From positions 47,120 through 79,119 of the forward strand of contig DBXO01000042.1 of assembly GCA_002309635.1 (NCBI GenBank): a stretch of 32,000 nt of DNA, given 5' to 3'. The stretch's first letter is position 1. Every line of letters starts with the position of its first letter. A model generated the notes under the pieces. That model searched no databases. It was not told where the DNA came from and saw only the letters and a program-made list of their open reading frames with translations. Source of the DNA: Ruminococcus flavefaciens. Its GTDB lineage: Bacteria; Bacillota; Clostridia; Oscillospirales; Ruminococcaceae. The translations under genes were made by a program, and so were the position numbers. This document shows, in pieces, positions 1 to 7,635 of the stretch.

Positions 1-998
1 TCCCTGCCCCGCTCGTTGAAGGCAAGTATCCTGCCATAGGGGGGAAGGTGCTTCATATCTTCCTTGGTTATACCGATAAGGAGAGCCAGCATTATTCTCC
101 TGATACGCGCCATAGTGTATCTCTTGGTCTTTACGGTAAACAGCAGCTCGTCAATAGAACCTGCCATTCTTGCACCGTATATCCTGTGTTCAAGCCCCTG
201 ACCCACGTCACATATCTGCCCTATCTCCTCGGCAGTGCTGCTTCTCAGCTTATAGAGCATTACTCTCTCAAGACGGCTTAGCGCAGCTATTTCGCCATTT
301 TTTGCAGCTGAGCGTATAGCCTCCGCCCACTCGGGCGTCATGAACTCAGACGTATCGGCTCCCCGTTCTATCATATCACGAATATTTGAAGCACTGGCAA
401 ATCCGTTCTCCGTCTCGGAGCCGTCATGCCGCGCATTGACACGCTTTACTGTAAAGGGCTTCATATCCGAGCCGAACCTTTTCAACGCACGCAAATACTC
501 CACAGCGAGGGTATTGTTGGGCTCGGCTATTATCGCCGCAGCCCCGGGATCGTACCCGTTAACAACGGAATTCAGCGCTCTCGGGTAGGTATAGCCCTTT
601 TCCATGATGCTTTTTATCTCGTCGGCATGTGTCAGAGCGGCAGTATCCACGGTCTCCATAGCTTTCAGTAGCCTGTCCGTATCACCGCATTCGCTGCCGA
701 ATGATATCTCGTCCACAGCCCCCAGCGAATCGAGCAGGTATACTGCTCCCGCTGCGAAATTCTCCGCAGAAGCAAGGCAGTACTGCACAGGGAGCTCTAT
801 AACCAGATCTGCTCCCGAACGCACGGCAAGACGCGCTCTTTCAAGCTTGTCTATCACCGCAGCGTCGCCGCGCTGTACGAAATTACCGCTCATTACAGCA
901 GCAATATGTGTCGCACCGTTTTCACGGGTCTTCCTGATGTGATAAAGATGTCCGTTATGAAACGGATTGTACTCGCAAACTATACCGCTGACTTTCAT
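1..998 (-). CDS. tmcAL: tRNA(Met) cytidine acetate ligase TmcAL (YlbM/UPF0348 family); N-terminal ~332 codons, 3' end lies beyond the left window edge
   Basis: My own minus-strand translation from the ATG (complement of 996-998) reads MKVSGIVCEYNPFHNGHLYHIRKTRENGATHIAAVMSGNFVQRGDAAVIDKLERARLAVRSGADLVIELPV. It carries the EYNPFHNGH nucleotidyltransferase signature of TmcAL/YlbM. The frame stays open to base 3 (ends ...KHLPPYGRILAFNERGR). It is absent from the ORF track only because there is no stop in the window. The + strand ORFs at 48-942 are shadow frames. Confidence 0.85.
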   Translation of the reverse strand, partial: MKVSGIVCEYNPFHNGHLYHIRKTRENGATHIAAVMSGNFVQRGDAAVIDKLERARLAVRSGADLVIELPVQYCLASAENFAAGAVYLLDSLGAVDEISFGSECGDTDRLLKAMETVDTAALTHADEIKSIMEKGYTYPRALNSVVNGYDPGAAAIIAEPNNTLAVEYLRALKRFGSDMKPFTVKRVNARHDGSETENGFASASNIRDMIERGADTSEFMTPEWAEAIRSAAKNGEIAALSRLERVMLYKLRSSTAEEIGQICDVGQGLEHRIYGARMAGSIDELLFTVKTKRYTMARIRRIMLALLIGITKEDMKHLPPYGRILAFNERGR

Positions 999-1190
999 TT
1001 TACTACCTCTCCTGTCAAATTTCAATGATTTTGGCTGATTTTTTATTTACTCTACATAATATTAACGGTTTTTTCTTATGTTTTGGGCGTTTTGCAAAAG
1101 GAACCCCTCATATTTTGCTGATGTGTATGCATAAAATGCGCTTTTTTCACGGGCATTTGCCCCGTAATGAACCTTTTTTCAAAAAAATAC

Positions 1191-1218
1191 TTGCAATTTT
1201 CCAAAAATAGTATATAAT
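1191..1218 (+). promoter_or_regulatory. sigma-A type promoter for ackA (TTGCAA, 16-nt spacer, TATAAT)
   Basis: TTGCAA at 1191-1196 and TATAAT at 1213-1218, about 40 nt upstream of the ackA ATG in an AT-rich divergent intergenic region. Confidence 0.5.
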
Positions 1219-1256
1219 AATATATGCAAAATATTTTTTGAAAGGATTTTTAATAT

Positions 1257-2456
1257 ATGATCATCTTAGTTGTTAATGCGGGAAGCTCCTCCCTGAAGTA
1301 TCAGCTCATCGACATGAGCGATGAGAGCGTTATCGCAAAGGGTAACTGTGACCGTATCGGTATCGACGGACATATCAGCCACAAGACTGCTGACGGAAGA
1401 AAGCTTGACGAGGACTGCGCGTTCCCGACTCACACAGAGGCTTTCATGAAGCTCGTTGAGTGCCTCACAAAGGGCGACGCAAAGGTTATCGACAGCATGG
1501 ACGCTATTTCTGCTGTTGGTCACAGAATAGTACAGGGTGCAGACGTTTTCGACAAATCTGTACTCGTAACAGATGAGGTCATCGATAAGATAGACGAGCT
1601 CCGCGAGCTTGCTCCCGTTCACAACCATGCTCACGCTCTCGCTCTCAGAGCATGCAAGAGCGTTATCCCCGCAAACGTACCTCAGGTAGTTGTATTCGAT
1701 ACAGCATTCCACCAGACAATGCCCCCCAAGGCTTTCATGTTCGGTCTTCCCTATGATGACTATGAGAAGCTCCACGTAAGAAAGTACGGCTTCCACGGTA
1801 CATCCCACAGATTCGTGTCCAAGGCTCTTGCAGAGGCAATGGGCAGGGACGTTAAGGACCTCAAGATCGTTTCATGTCACCTCGGAAACGGTTCATCAAT
1901 CACAGCTGTTGACGGCGGTAAGTCTGTAGATACTTCAATGGGCTTCACACCTCTCGACGGTGTTGTAATGGGCACAAGAACAGGTTCCGTAGACCCCTCC
2001 GCAGTTACATTCGTAGCTGACAAGCATGGCTTTACTCCTTCACAGATGAGCGAGTACATGAACAAGAAGTCAGGCTTCCTGGGAGTATCGGGCGTAGGCT
2101 CAGACAACAGAGACATTCAGGAAGCTGCTAACAACGGCAACCAGAAGGCTCAGCTCGTTTCCGACATGCTCGCATACGAGATACAGAAGTATATAGGCGC
2201 ATATGCTGCTGCAATGAACGGTATCGACGCTGTTCTCTTCACAGGCGGTATCGGCGAGAACTCATGGGAAGTAAGAGAGCAGGTATGCCAGAATATGGAC
2301 TACTTCGGAATCAAGATCGACGAGGCTCTCAACCGCACTATCAGAGGCAAGCTCACCAAGATCTCCACACCCGATTCAAAGATCGAGGTATGGATCGTTC
2401 CCACAAACGAGGAACTCCTCATCGCAAGAGATACGCTTGCTCTCATTTCCAAGTAA
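1257..2456 (+). CDS. ackA: acetate kinase
   Basis: 399-aa ORF with N-terminal ILVVNAGSSSLKYQL, FHGTSH, and TGGIGENS near the C-terminus. These are canonical acetate/propionate kinase motifs, and the length is right. Confidence 0.95.
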   Translation: MIILVVNAGSSSLKYQLIDMSDESVIAKGNCDRIGIDGHISHKTADGRKLDEDCAFPTHTEAFMKLVECLTKGDAKVIDSMDAISAVGHRIVQGADVFDKSVLVTDEVIDKIDELRELAPVHNHAHALALRACKSVIPANVPQVVVFDTAFHQTMPPKAFMFGLPYDDYEKLHVRKYGFHGTSHRFVSKALAEAMGRDVKDLKIVSCHLGNGSSITAVDGGKSVDTSMGFTPLDGVVMGTRTGSVDPSAVTFVADKHGFTPSQMSEYMNKKSGFLGVSGVGSDNRDIQEAANNGNQKAQLVSDMLAYEIQKYIGAYAAAMNGIDAVLFTGGIGENSWEVREQVCQNMDYFGIKIDEALNRTIRGKLTKISTPDSKIEVWIVPTNEELLIARDTLALISK

Positions 2457-2485
2457 TTATAACACAAATATTAAATAATAGCAAT

Positions 2486-2515
2486 AAAAACCTGCACTTT
2501 TCAGTGCAGGTTTTT
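2486..2515. terminator. bidirectional rho-independent terminator between ackA and the convergent DUF3737 gene
   Basis: AAAAA-CCTGCACT-TTTC-AGTGCAGG-TTTTT. This is a perfect 8-bp GC-rich stem flanked by an A-run and a T-run. Confidence 0.85.
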
Positions 2516-2518
2516 ATT

Positions 2519-3379
2519 TCATATACGGTGTCCGACAAGCTGGTCTTCGCAGATTATCGTGGTCTGACTCGGGTCTATCTTCTCCTGCTCAAGGATAATG
2601 ACGCCTATGGAATCAGCCTTGATGATACCTCCGCGCGGATTTCTTACGCTGTCGATATTTCCCACAATATCAACATTTATGGTAGAATACTCGAAAGCAA
2701 AGGAAGTATTCGGCATCTTGCAGTTCTTCATCATAAGATTGTCGATACCGCACAATCCCTCACGGCTCTCTACCGTACAGTTCACAAGGGATATATTCTT
2801 TGAATGCCAGCCGAAGCACTTGCCCTTGATCGTGGAATTGTATATGATAACGTTTTCGCAGTTCCAGAAAGCGTCGCGGCAGTTTATAACGGAATCGCGC
2901 ACCGTAACGTTTTTTACGCCGTCGAAGGCATAACCTCCTGTCAGCTCAAGTCCGCTGATCTCCATGCCGTCGCAGTCCATTGCGAAATAATCGCCGTTTA
3001 CCTTTACTCTGTCAAGACGAACGTTGTTGCACTTCCATAAAACCTCGTCACCATTTGGAAAGCTTACATTTCTCAGGCTGAGACCGCTGCAGCGGCGGAA
3101 GCACTTCGGCGCTTCAACGATGATATCATCGGCGCCTACCTCCTTTGAATACCATATTGCGGCACGTCCGTCCTCAGTCATCATGCAGTTTTTCAGCTTT
3201 ATCATCTCACTGTGCCATAACGGGAACTTTGATGAAAAGGTACTGTCCGACAGCTTGATGTAGCTGCTTCGCTTAAGCGGCGATTCGCCGTAGCCGAATG
3301 AAGTACCGCTTATTTTGAGTCCGTTTGCCTGATAAAGAGCTCTTTCCCCCGAAAAATGCTCATTCTGGATCTCTTTCAT
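2519..3379 (-). CDS. DUF3737 family protein (parallel beta-helix repeat protein of unknown function)
   Basis: The track ORF 2519-3388 starts at a GTG. The ATG at 3379 follows AAGGAG with 8-nt spacing and gives MKEIQNEHFSGERALYQ. The pattern GERALY...GESPLK...WYS...APKxFRR...DAFWNCENVIIYNS...GWHSKNISLVNC...AFEYS...NPxxGxIKADSIG matches my memory of DUF3737 proteins. Confidence 0.75.
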   Translation of the reverse strand: MKEIQNEHFSGERALYQANGLKISGTSFGYGESPLKRSSYIKLSDSTFSSKFPLWHSEMIKLKNCMMTEDGRAAIWYSKEVGADDIIVEAPKCFRRCSGLSLRNVSFPNGDEVLWKCNNVRLDRVKVNGDYFAMDCDGMEISGLELTGGYAFDGVKNVTVRDSVINCRDAFWNCENVIIYNSTIKGKCFGWHSKNISLVNCTVESREGLCGIDNLMMKNCKMPNTSFAFEYSTINVDIVGNIDSVRNPRGGIIKADSIGVIILEQEKIDPSQTTIICEDQLVGHRI

Positions 3380-3439
3380 AAATCTCACTCCTTATTGTAT
3401 ATCATTAAGACTTTAAAAAATCTAATGACCTCAAAATGT

Positions 3440-3468
3440 ATTATACCATATTTTTTGTTTAAAAGCAA
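3440..3468 (-). promoter_or_regulatory. sigma-A type promoter for the DUF3737 gene (TTGCTT, 17-nt spacer, TATAAT, TG-extended)
   Basis: On the minus strand, TTGCTT (complement of 3463-3468), a 17-nt spacer ending in TGG, then TATAAT (complement of 3440-3445). Confidence 0.5.
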
Positions 3469-3568
3469 CATTTATTCCAAAAATAAAACTTAACTAATTG
3501 TTAATGCCGCAAAAATGATAACAATAACTTATTTAATTTACATTTTATAATACCATACTTTGCAACAC

Positions 3569-3597
3569 TTTACATTTGCGCTCCGTATGTGTATAAT
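3569..3597 (+). promoter_or_regulatory. near-consensus extended -10 promoter (TTTACA, 17-nt spacer, TGTG-TATAAT) driving the micro-gene
   Basis: TTTACA at 3569-3574, a 17-nt spacer ending in TGTG, then TATAAT at 3592-3597. Confidence 0.65.
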
Positions 3598-3641
3598 GAA
3601 AGCACAACGTATACGCAAAGCTTTTGCGGGGAGGTGGGACA

Positions 3642-3734
3642 ATGACCGAAAACGATTTAAAGCTTATCACGCAAAGATCAAGGGAAGAAGGCTCCAAAGC
3701 ACTTTTCGACGAATACTGGAAGAATGGTAAATGA
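3642..3734 (+). CDS. 30-codon small ORF (MTENDLKLITQRSREEGSKALFDEYWKNGK), function unknown
   Basis: ATG at 3642 lies 5 nt after a strong SD (GGGGAGGTGGG, 3628-3638). It sits between its own promoter (3569-3597) and a 15-bp-stem terminator (3774-3815). It is below the length cutoff of the ORF track. Confidence 0.35.
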   Translation: MTENDLKLITQRSREEGSKALFDEYWKNGK

Positions 3735-3773
3735 TTCATCAAGCTTTTTAAGATATGACTGAATAAACATTTC

Positions 3774-3815
3774 AGCCCGTGAGCTGTCAATTACCGACAG
3801 CTCACGGGCTTATTT
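3774..3815 (+). terminator. rho-independent terminator (15-bp perfect stem plus T-run)
   Basis: AGCCCGTGAGCTGTC-AATTACC-GACAGCTCACGGGCT-TATTTTT. The T-tract is on the + strand only. The element abuts the stop codon of the convergent araC-type gene. Confidence 0.85.
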
Positions 3816-4619
3816 TTATATTGCTTCTTTTTCCTGCCATTCCCTGCGGAACTCAGTAGGGGTCATGCCGAGGCCGTTCTTGAACTGCCTGTTGAAATAG
3901 GAGGCATTGGGATAGCCTACAAGCTCGGCCACCTTGTTTATGGAATATTCAGGCTTTTTCAGCAGCTCCGCCGCCTTGTCGAGACGGCTGGTGATTATAT
4001 CCTTGGATATACTTACGCCGAATGTCTCGGAATAAAGGTGCTGCAAGCGTGAACGGCTAAGTGATATATCCGCTGCCATCTCGTCTATCGTCCACGATCT
4101 TGACGGCCAGCGGTAAATGCTCTCGCGCAGCCACAGGAGCTTCTCAACGTAAAGTCCCTCATGGACGGTGTTGAACCTTCTCAGGTCGGATACGCTCTCG
4201 TTGAGCTTGCGCAGGAGCAGCCTGAAATAAAGGTCTATGGAGTCCTCCCTGTTTTTGTTTGTGGAATAGTACTCCATGCTCATGCTCTTTATCATATCCG
4301 ATATCTGCATGAGATCGGCTGCAGGTACTATTCTGTTCAGCGGGATATTGAGCTCGCTGATGAGCTTTTCCTCATCGGCTGTCGGTATAAAGCTGATACT
4401 GTCCTCAGTGAAGCTCATATCGTCGCTGCGGTAGCCGAAGGGCTGCCGTGGTGTAAGTACAACGAAAGAATGCTCGGGAGACGGTATCTCCCTGTCACCG
4501 ATATTGAACACCGCCTTCGCCTTGACTACAAGCAGCTCCCAGCAATCGCTGCCTGTTCTGCGCTCATAATTAAAATTCCGCTCCCTTTTGTGATCGGAAG
4601 CTATATTCACAATTCTCAT
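3816..4619 (-). CDS. AraC/XylS family transcriptional regulator
   Basis: 267 aa with a C-terminal double HTH (…LSRSRLQHLYSETFGVSISKDIITSRLDKAAELLKKPEYSINKVAELVGYPNASYFNRQFKNGLGMTPTEFRR) and an N-terminal ligand-type domain. The SD TAAGGAG lies 7 nt upstream of the ATG. Confidence 0.9.
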   Translation of the reverse strand: MRIVNIASDHKRERNFNYERRTGSDCWELLVVKAKAVFNIGDREIPSPEHSFVVLTPRQPFGYRSDDMSFTEDSISFIPTADEEKLISELNIPLNRIVPAADLMQISDMIKSMSMEYYSTNKNREDSIDLYFRLLLRKLNESVSDLRRFNTVHEGLYVEKLLWLRESIYRWPSRSWTIDEMAADISLSRSRLQHLYSETFGVSISKDIITSRLDKAAELLKKPEYSINKVAELVGYPNASYFNRQFKNGLGMTPTEFRREWQEKEAI

Positions 4620-4673
4620 AAAACCGCTCCTTAAAAACTGCCCTCCAAAACGAGCAGTAATACCTCTACCGCT

Positions 4674-4702
4674 ATTCTATCATGATAGCACAAAGGTGTC
4701 AA
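4674..4702 (-). promoter_or_regulatory. promoter of the araC-type gene (TTGACA, 17-nt spacer, TAGAAT) overlapped by a 12-bp perfect palindrome
   Basis: On the minus strand, TTGACA (complement of 4697-4702), a 17-nt spacer, then TAGAAT (complement of 4674-4679). The palindrome CTATCATGATAG at 4677-4688 spans the spacer/-10 junction. Confidence 0.55.
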
Positions 4703-4805
4703 ACCGATAATATCAATTTCATGTCATTTCAGATAATTTAATGACATATTTATTATATTATCATGACTGTTTACATATATGTGCAGCATAATACTGCTAT
4801 CCTTA

Positions 4806-4834
4806 TTGACAAAGGTATGGGTTTGTTGTATAAT
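4806..4834 (+). promoter_or_regulatory. consensus sigma-A promoter (TTGACA, 17-nt spacer, TATAAT) for pdxK
   Basis: TTGACA at 4806-4811 and TATAAT at 4829-4834 with an exact 17-nt spacer. It lies inside the 5' part of track ORF 4763-5716, which argues for a downstream start codon. Confidence 0.7.
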
Positions 4835-4864
4835 TATAACCTGATAAACGTTATTTTTGAAAGA

Positions 4865-5716
4865 ATGATGATGATGAAAAAAGTTGTTACCATACAGGAT
4901 ATTTCCTGTTTCGGCAAATGCTCTCTTACGGTTGCTCTGCCCATAATCTCGGCTATGGGTATCGAAACAGCCGTTATACCCACTGCGGTGCTCTCCACTC
5001 ATACAGGCGAGGGCTTCACGGACTATACCTTCCGCGACCTTACAAGCGATATTCCTGCGATAGCTGCGCACTGGAAAAGCATGGAACTGAGATTTGACGC
5101 CCTTTATACGGGATATCTCGGCTCTCCCGAGCAGGTGGATATTATTTCCGACTTTTTTGACAGTTTCGGCAGAAGAGATAACCATATAATCGTAGACCCC
5201 GTCCTTGGCGACGCAGGAAGGCTCTATGCAGGCTTTACTTCATCATTTGTGGAGAAAATGAAAAAGCTCTGCGCGAAAGCAGATTTTATTATTCCAAATA
5301 TGACAGAGGTGTCGTTCCTGCTGGGGATACCATATACCGACAGCTACGACGAGGCTTACGTAAAGGACGTGCTCCGCAGACTTGCCGGGCTCGGGTGCAG
5401 GGTGCCGGTTATCACTGGTGTACACTTTGACAGTCTCATGCAGGGAGCTGCGGCTTACGACTCCGAAAAGGACGAGTTCTATTTTTCCTTTGACAAGAAT
5501 GTTGATCATCGCTTTCACGGTACGGGGGATATTTTCAGCAGCGTATTCACAGGCGCATGCGCCCTGGGTATGAGTCTCCAGCAATGCCTTGACATAGCCG
5601 TAAAATTCACTCTTGACTGTATCGAGGCAACTGTTCCTAATATTGAAGAAACATGGTACGGAAGCTGCTTCGAGCTCTGTCTCGGAAAGCTTATCGGCTA
5701 CGTTAAGGAGAAATAA
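4865..5716 (+). CDS. pdxK: pyridoxal/pyridoxamine kinase (ribokinase-like PdxK family)
   Basis: MMMMKKVVTIQDISCFGKCSLTVALPIISAMGIETAVIPTAVLSTHTG is a typical Firmicute pyridoxamine kinase N-terminus, and there is a C-terminal GTGDIFS anion-hole motif. I moved the start to the ATG run at 4865-4876 because the consensus promoter sits upstream. Which of the four ATGs is used is uncertain. Confidence 0.8.
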   Translation: MMMMKKVVTIQDISCFGKCSLTVALPIISAMGIETAVIPTAVLSTHTGEGFTDYTFRDLTSDIPAIAAHWKSMELRFDALYTGYLGSPEQVDIISDFFDSFGRRDNHIIVDPVLGDAGRLYAGFTSSFVEKMKKLCAKADFIIPNMTEVSFLLGIPYTDSYDEAYVKDVLRRLAGLGCRVPVITGVHFDSLMQGAAAYDSEKDEFYFSFDKNVDHRFHGTGDIFSSVFTGACALGMSLQQCLDIAVKFTLDCIEATVPNIEETWYGSCFELCLGKLIGYVKEK

Positions 5717-5720
5717 TGCC

Positions 5721-6116
5721 ATGACTGAGCTTATAAAGGCAACGTCCGTTTTTATAAGGGCGAATACAGGCTCTGAGGAAGCTTTAAAGGCTTCCGACGC
5801 TCTTGCAAATGCAATTGACGGAGCTATTTCCCTTACCTCAGCAGTTTCTGTTATATCCTCACTTCTTGGCAGGGAATTCCTTGTCAGGGACTGCGTTCCG
5901 AACGGTGCTACGGCTTTTGCGGTGAATGCAGTCAGGGAGCTGCAAAAGGCTCTCAGAGCTGATGAACCCGGTACTGCTTATGATATTGCCGATATTTTGC
6001 AGGCTCTGCCCGAAAAGGTTTATTTGACGGACAAAAGAGCGGTTTCCGACTTTAACAGGACTTATATAGCGCCGTTCAAAAAAAAACACGGGATAAAGCT
6101 CCCGTTAATAGTATGA
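5721..6116 (+). CDS. hypothetical protein (131 aa), translationally linked to pdxK
   Basis: ATG at 5721 follows AAGGAG (5705-5710), which overlaps the pdxK stop. The track ORF 5613-6116 has an implausible 5' extension inside pdxK. I recognised no family. Confidence 0.55.
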   Translation: MTELIKATSVFIRANTGSEEALKASDALANAIDGAISLTSAVSVISSLLGREFLVRDCVPNGATAFAVNAVRELQKALRADEPGTAYDIADILQALPEKVYLTDKRAVSDFNRTYIAPFKKKHGIKLPLIV

Positions 6117-6143
6117 AAGAGCAGCTGTGAGCTGCTCTTTTTT
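6116..6143 (+). terminator. rho-independent terminator after the pdxK operon
   Basis: AAAGAGCAGC-TGTGA-GCTGCTCTTT-TTT: a 10-bp perfect stem followed by a T-run. Confidence 0.8.
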
Positions 6144-6160
6144 ATGCCATTTATTCCCTG

Positions 6161-6190
6161 TGATTACTGTGAAGACAGAGGGCAATAATA
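6161..6190 (+). promoter_or_regulatory. possible forespore (sigma-F/sigma-G type) promoter upstream of sigG
   Basis: GGCAATAATA at 6181-6190 fits the sigma-F/G -10 pattern GGnnAnAHTR. A weak GATTA -35-like element lies 14 nt upstream at 6162-6166. I saw no sigma-A-like hexamers between the terminator and the sigG start. Confidence 0.3.
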
Positions 6191-6219
6191 TCCTTGTTAT
6201 CAAAAACGGAGGATATTGT

Positions 6220-6993
6220 ATGGCATATAACAAAGTCGTTATCGCAGGAATAAATACCTCAGAGCTGGAGGTCCTCAGGGAAAGCGAAAAGATAAGTCTG
6301 CTCAAGGAGATACGCGCTACGGGCAGCAAGGCTGCCAGGGACAGACTGGTAAACGGAAACCTCAGGCTCGTTCTCAGCGTTATACAGCGCTTTACCGGGC
6401 GTGGTGAGGATATCGACGACCTGTTCCAGATAGGTGTCATCGGACTTATCAAAGCGATAAACAATTTCGACCTCTCAAAGGAGGTGCGCTTCTCAACATA
6501 CTGCGTTCCCATGATAAGCGGTGAGCTGAGACGATATCTCAGGGACAACAGTCACGTAAAGGTCAGCCGCTCTCTGCGGGACCTTGCCTATAAAGCTATA
6601 CAGGCCAAGGAAAAGCTTACATTTTCGCTTGGCCGCGAGCCGAATATGGACGAAATAGCAAAGGAAATAGGTGAAAAGCGCTCAGATGTGGTAATTGCCC
6701 TCGAAAGCATAAGCGACCCTGTTTCGCTCTATGAGCCTGTTTATTCCGACTCTGATGATACGCTGTATATCATGGATCAGATAAGCGATATGAACGGCGT
6801 TGAGAGCCGTATGGATGAGCTCACGATCCGTGACGCCATTAACGGTCTCGACGAGCGTGAACGCAATATACTCTACCTCAGATTTTTCCGTGGAAAAACT
6901 CAGACGGAAGTGGCTGGAGAGATCGGCATCTCTCAGGCACAGGTGTCACGTCTTGAAAAAAGCGCTATCAGCAGAATAAAAAACAGCATATGA
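6220..6993 (+). CDS. sigG: sporulation sigma factor sigma-G
   Basis: ATG at 6220 follows the GGAGG SD; the track ORF from 6127 runs through the terminator. MAYNKVVIAGINTSELEVL...RDRLVNGNLRLVLSVIQRFTGRGEDIDDLFQIGVIGLIKAINNFD...FSTYCVPMISGELRRYLRDN...GISQAQVSRLEK is nearly collinear with B. subtilis SigG as I remember it. Confidence 0.85.
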   Translation: MAYNKVVIAGINTSELEVLRESEKISLLKEIRATGSKAARDRLVNGNLRLVLSVIQRFTGRGEDIDDLFQIGVIGLIKAINNFDLSKEVRFSTYCVPMISGELRRYLRDNSHVKVSRSLRDLAYKAIQAKEKLTFSLGREPNMDEIAKEIGEKRSDVVIALESISDPVSLYEPVYSDSDDTLYIMDQISDMNGVESRMDELTIRDAINGLDERERNILYLRFFRGKTQTEVAGEIGISQAQVSRLEKSAISRIKNSI

Positions 6994-7078
6994 TCATTTT
7001 ATGTTTACAAATTGTTAACAGCCAAGGCAAGCAGTACTTTCCGTATAAAAATATTTGTCGAAATATTGCCGCTCGTAC

Positions 7079-7107
7079 TTGAAAAGTTCATACTTTGATG
7101 GTATAAT
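7079..7107 (+). promoter_or_regulatory. sigma-A promoter for nfeD-SPFH operon (TTGAAA, 17-nt spacer, TATAAT, TG-extended)
   Basis: TTGAAA at 7079-7084, a 17-nt spacer ending in TGG, then TATAAT at 7102-7107. Confidence 0.6.
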
Positions 7108-7155
7108 GTTTTTATGTAGGGATTACTACAAATATTGCAGAAAGGGGGTCTCGCC

Positions 7156-7590
7156 ATGGAGATACTGTTCTGGGCATTGGCTGTTGTCGCTTTTGTGATC
7201 GCAGAGGTAATGACGATACAGCTCGTATCCATATGGTTTGCGGCAGGCGCGCTTGTAACGCTGCTTATGACCTATTTCTTCGAGCTGTCATGGATCGAGC
7301 AGCTGGGTGTATTCATAGCTGCTTCAACTGTATTCCTTATCATGAGCCTGCCGCTAATAAGAAAGCGGAAGAAAAACAGGGCAGTTGCCACAAATGCCGA
7401 TCTTGACGTCGGCAAGCACGCCACAGTTATTGAAGAAATAAACTGTGACAAAGGTACAGGACGAGTCACTTTAGGTGGGGTAAACTGGAGTGCTGTTCCT
7501 GAAAACGAAAACGATGTCATATCAGAGGGTACTGTCGTTATCGTGAAAAAGGTCATGGGTGCAAAATTACTGGTCGCACCCGAAAAATAA
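7156..7590 (+). CDS. NfeD family membrane protein (partner of SPFH protein)
   Basis: ATG at 7156 follows AAAGGGGG. There are two or three N-terminal TM helices, then a C-terminal OB-fold-like segment (GKHATVIEEINCDKGTGRVTLGGVNWSAV...GTVVIVKKVMGAKLLV) typical of NfeD. The gene sits directly upstream of an SPFH gene. Confidence 0.8.
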   Translation: MEILFWALAVVAFVIAEVMTIQLVSIWFAAGALVTLLMTYFFELSWIEQLGVFIAASTVFLIMSLPLIRKRKKNRAVATNADLDVGKHATVIEEINCDKGTGRVTLGGVNWSAVPENENDVISEGTVVIVKKVMGAKLLVAPEK

Positions 7591-7635
7591 TTACATATCA
7601 GACAATCTATTTATTTTATCTGGAGGTACTTAAAA

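Noticed and set aside
48-942. Four overlapping + strand ORFs (77-112 aa) at the left edge.
   Set aside because: The minus strand over the same span gives an uninterrupted TmcAL translation with the EYNPFHNGH signature. The + strand ORFs have no start signals and overlap each other in different frames.
1266-1808. A 180-aa minus-strand ORF inside ackA.
   Set aside because: It is antisense to an unambiguous acetate kinase gene and shows no motifs or translation signals.
3545-3790. An 81-aa minus-strand ORF between the DUF3737 and araC-type genes.
   Set aside because: It begins inside the terminator stem and has no SD. It overlaps the well-signalled + strand promoter, SD, small ORF and terminator unit, which explains the region better.
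4724-5185. A 153-aa minus-strand ORF overlapping the pdxK promoter and 5' coding region.
   Set aside because: It is antisense to pdxK, has no SD, and its product has no recognisable features. The + strand has a consensus promoter and kinase motifs.
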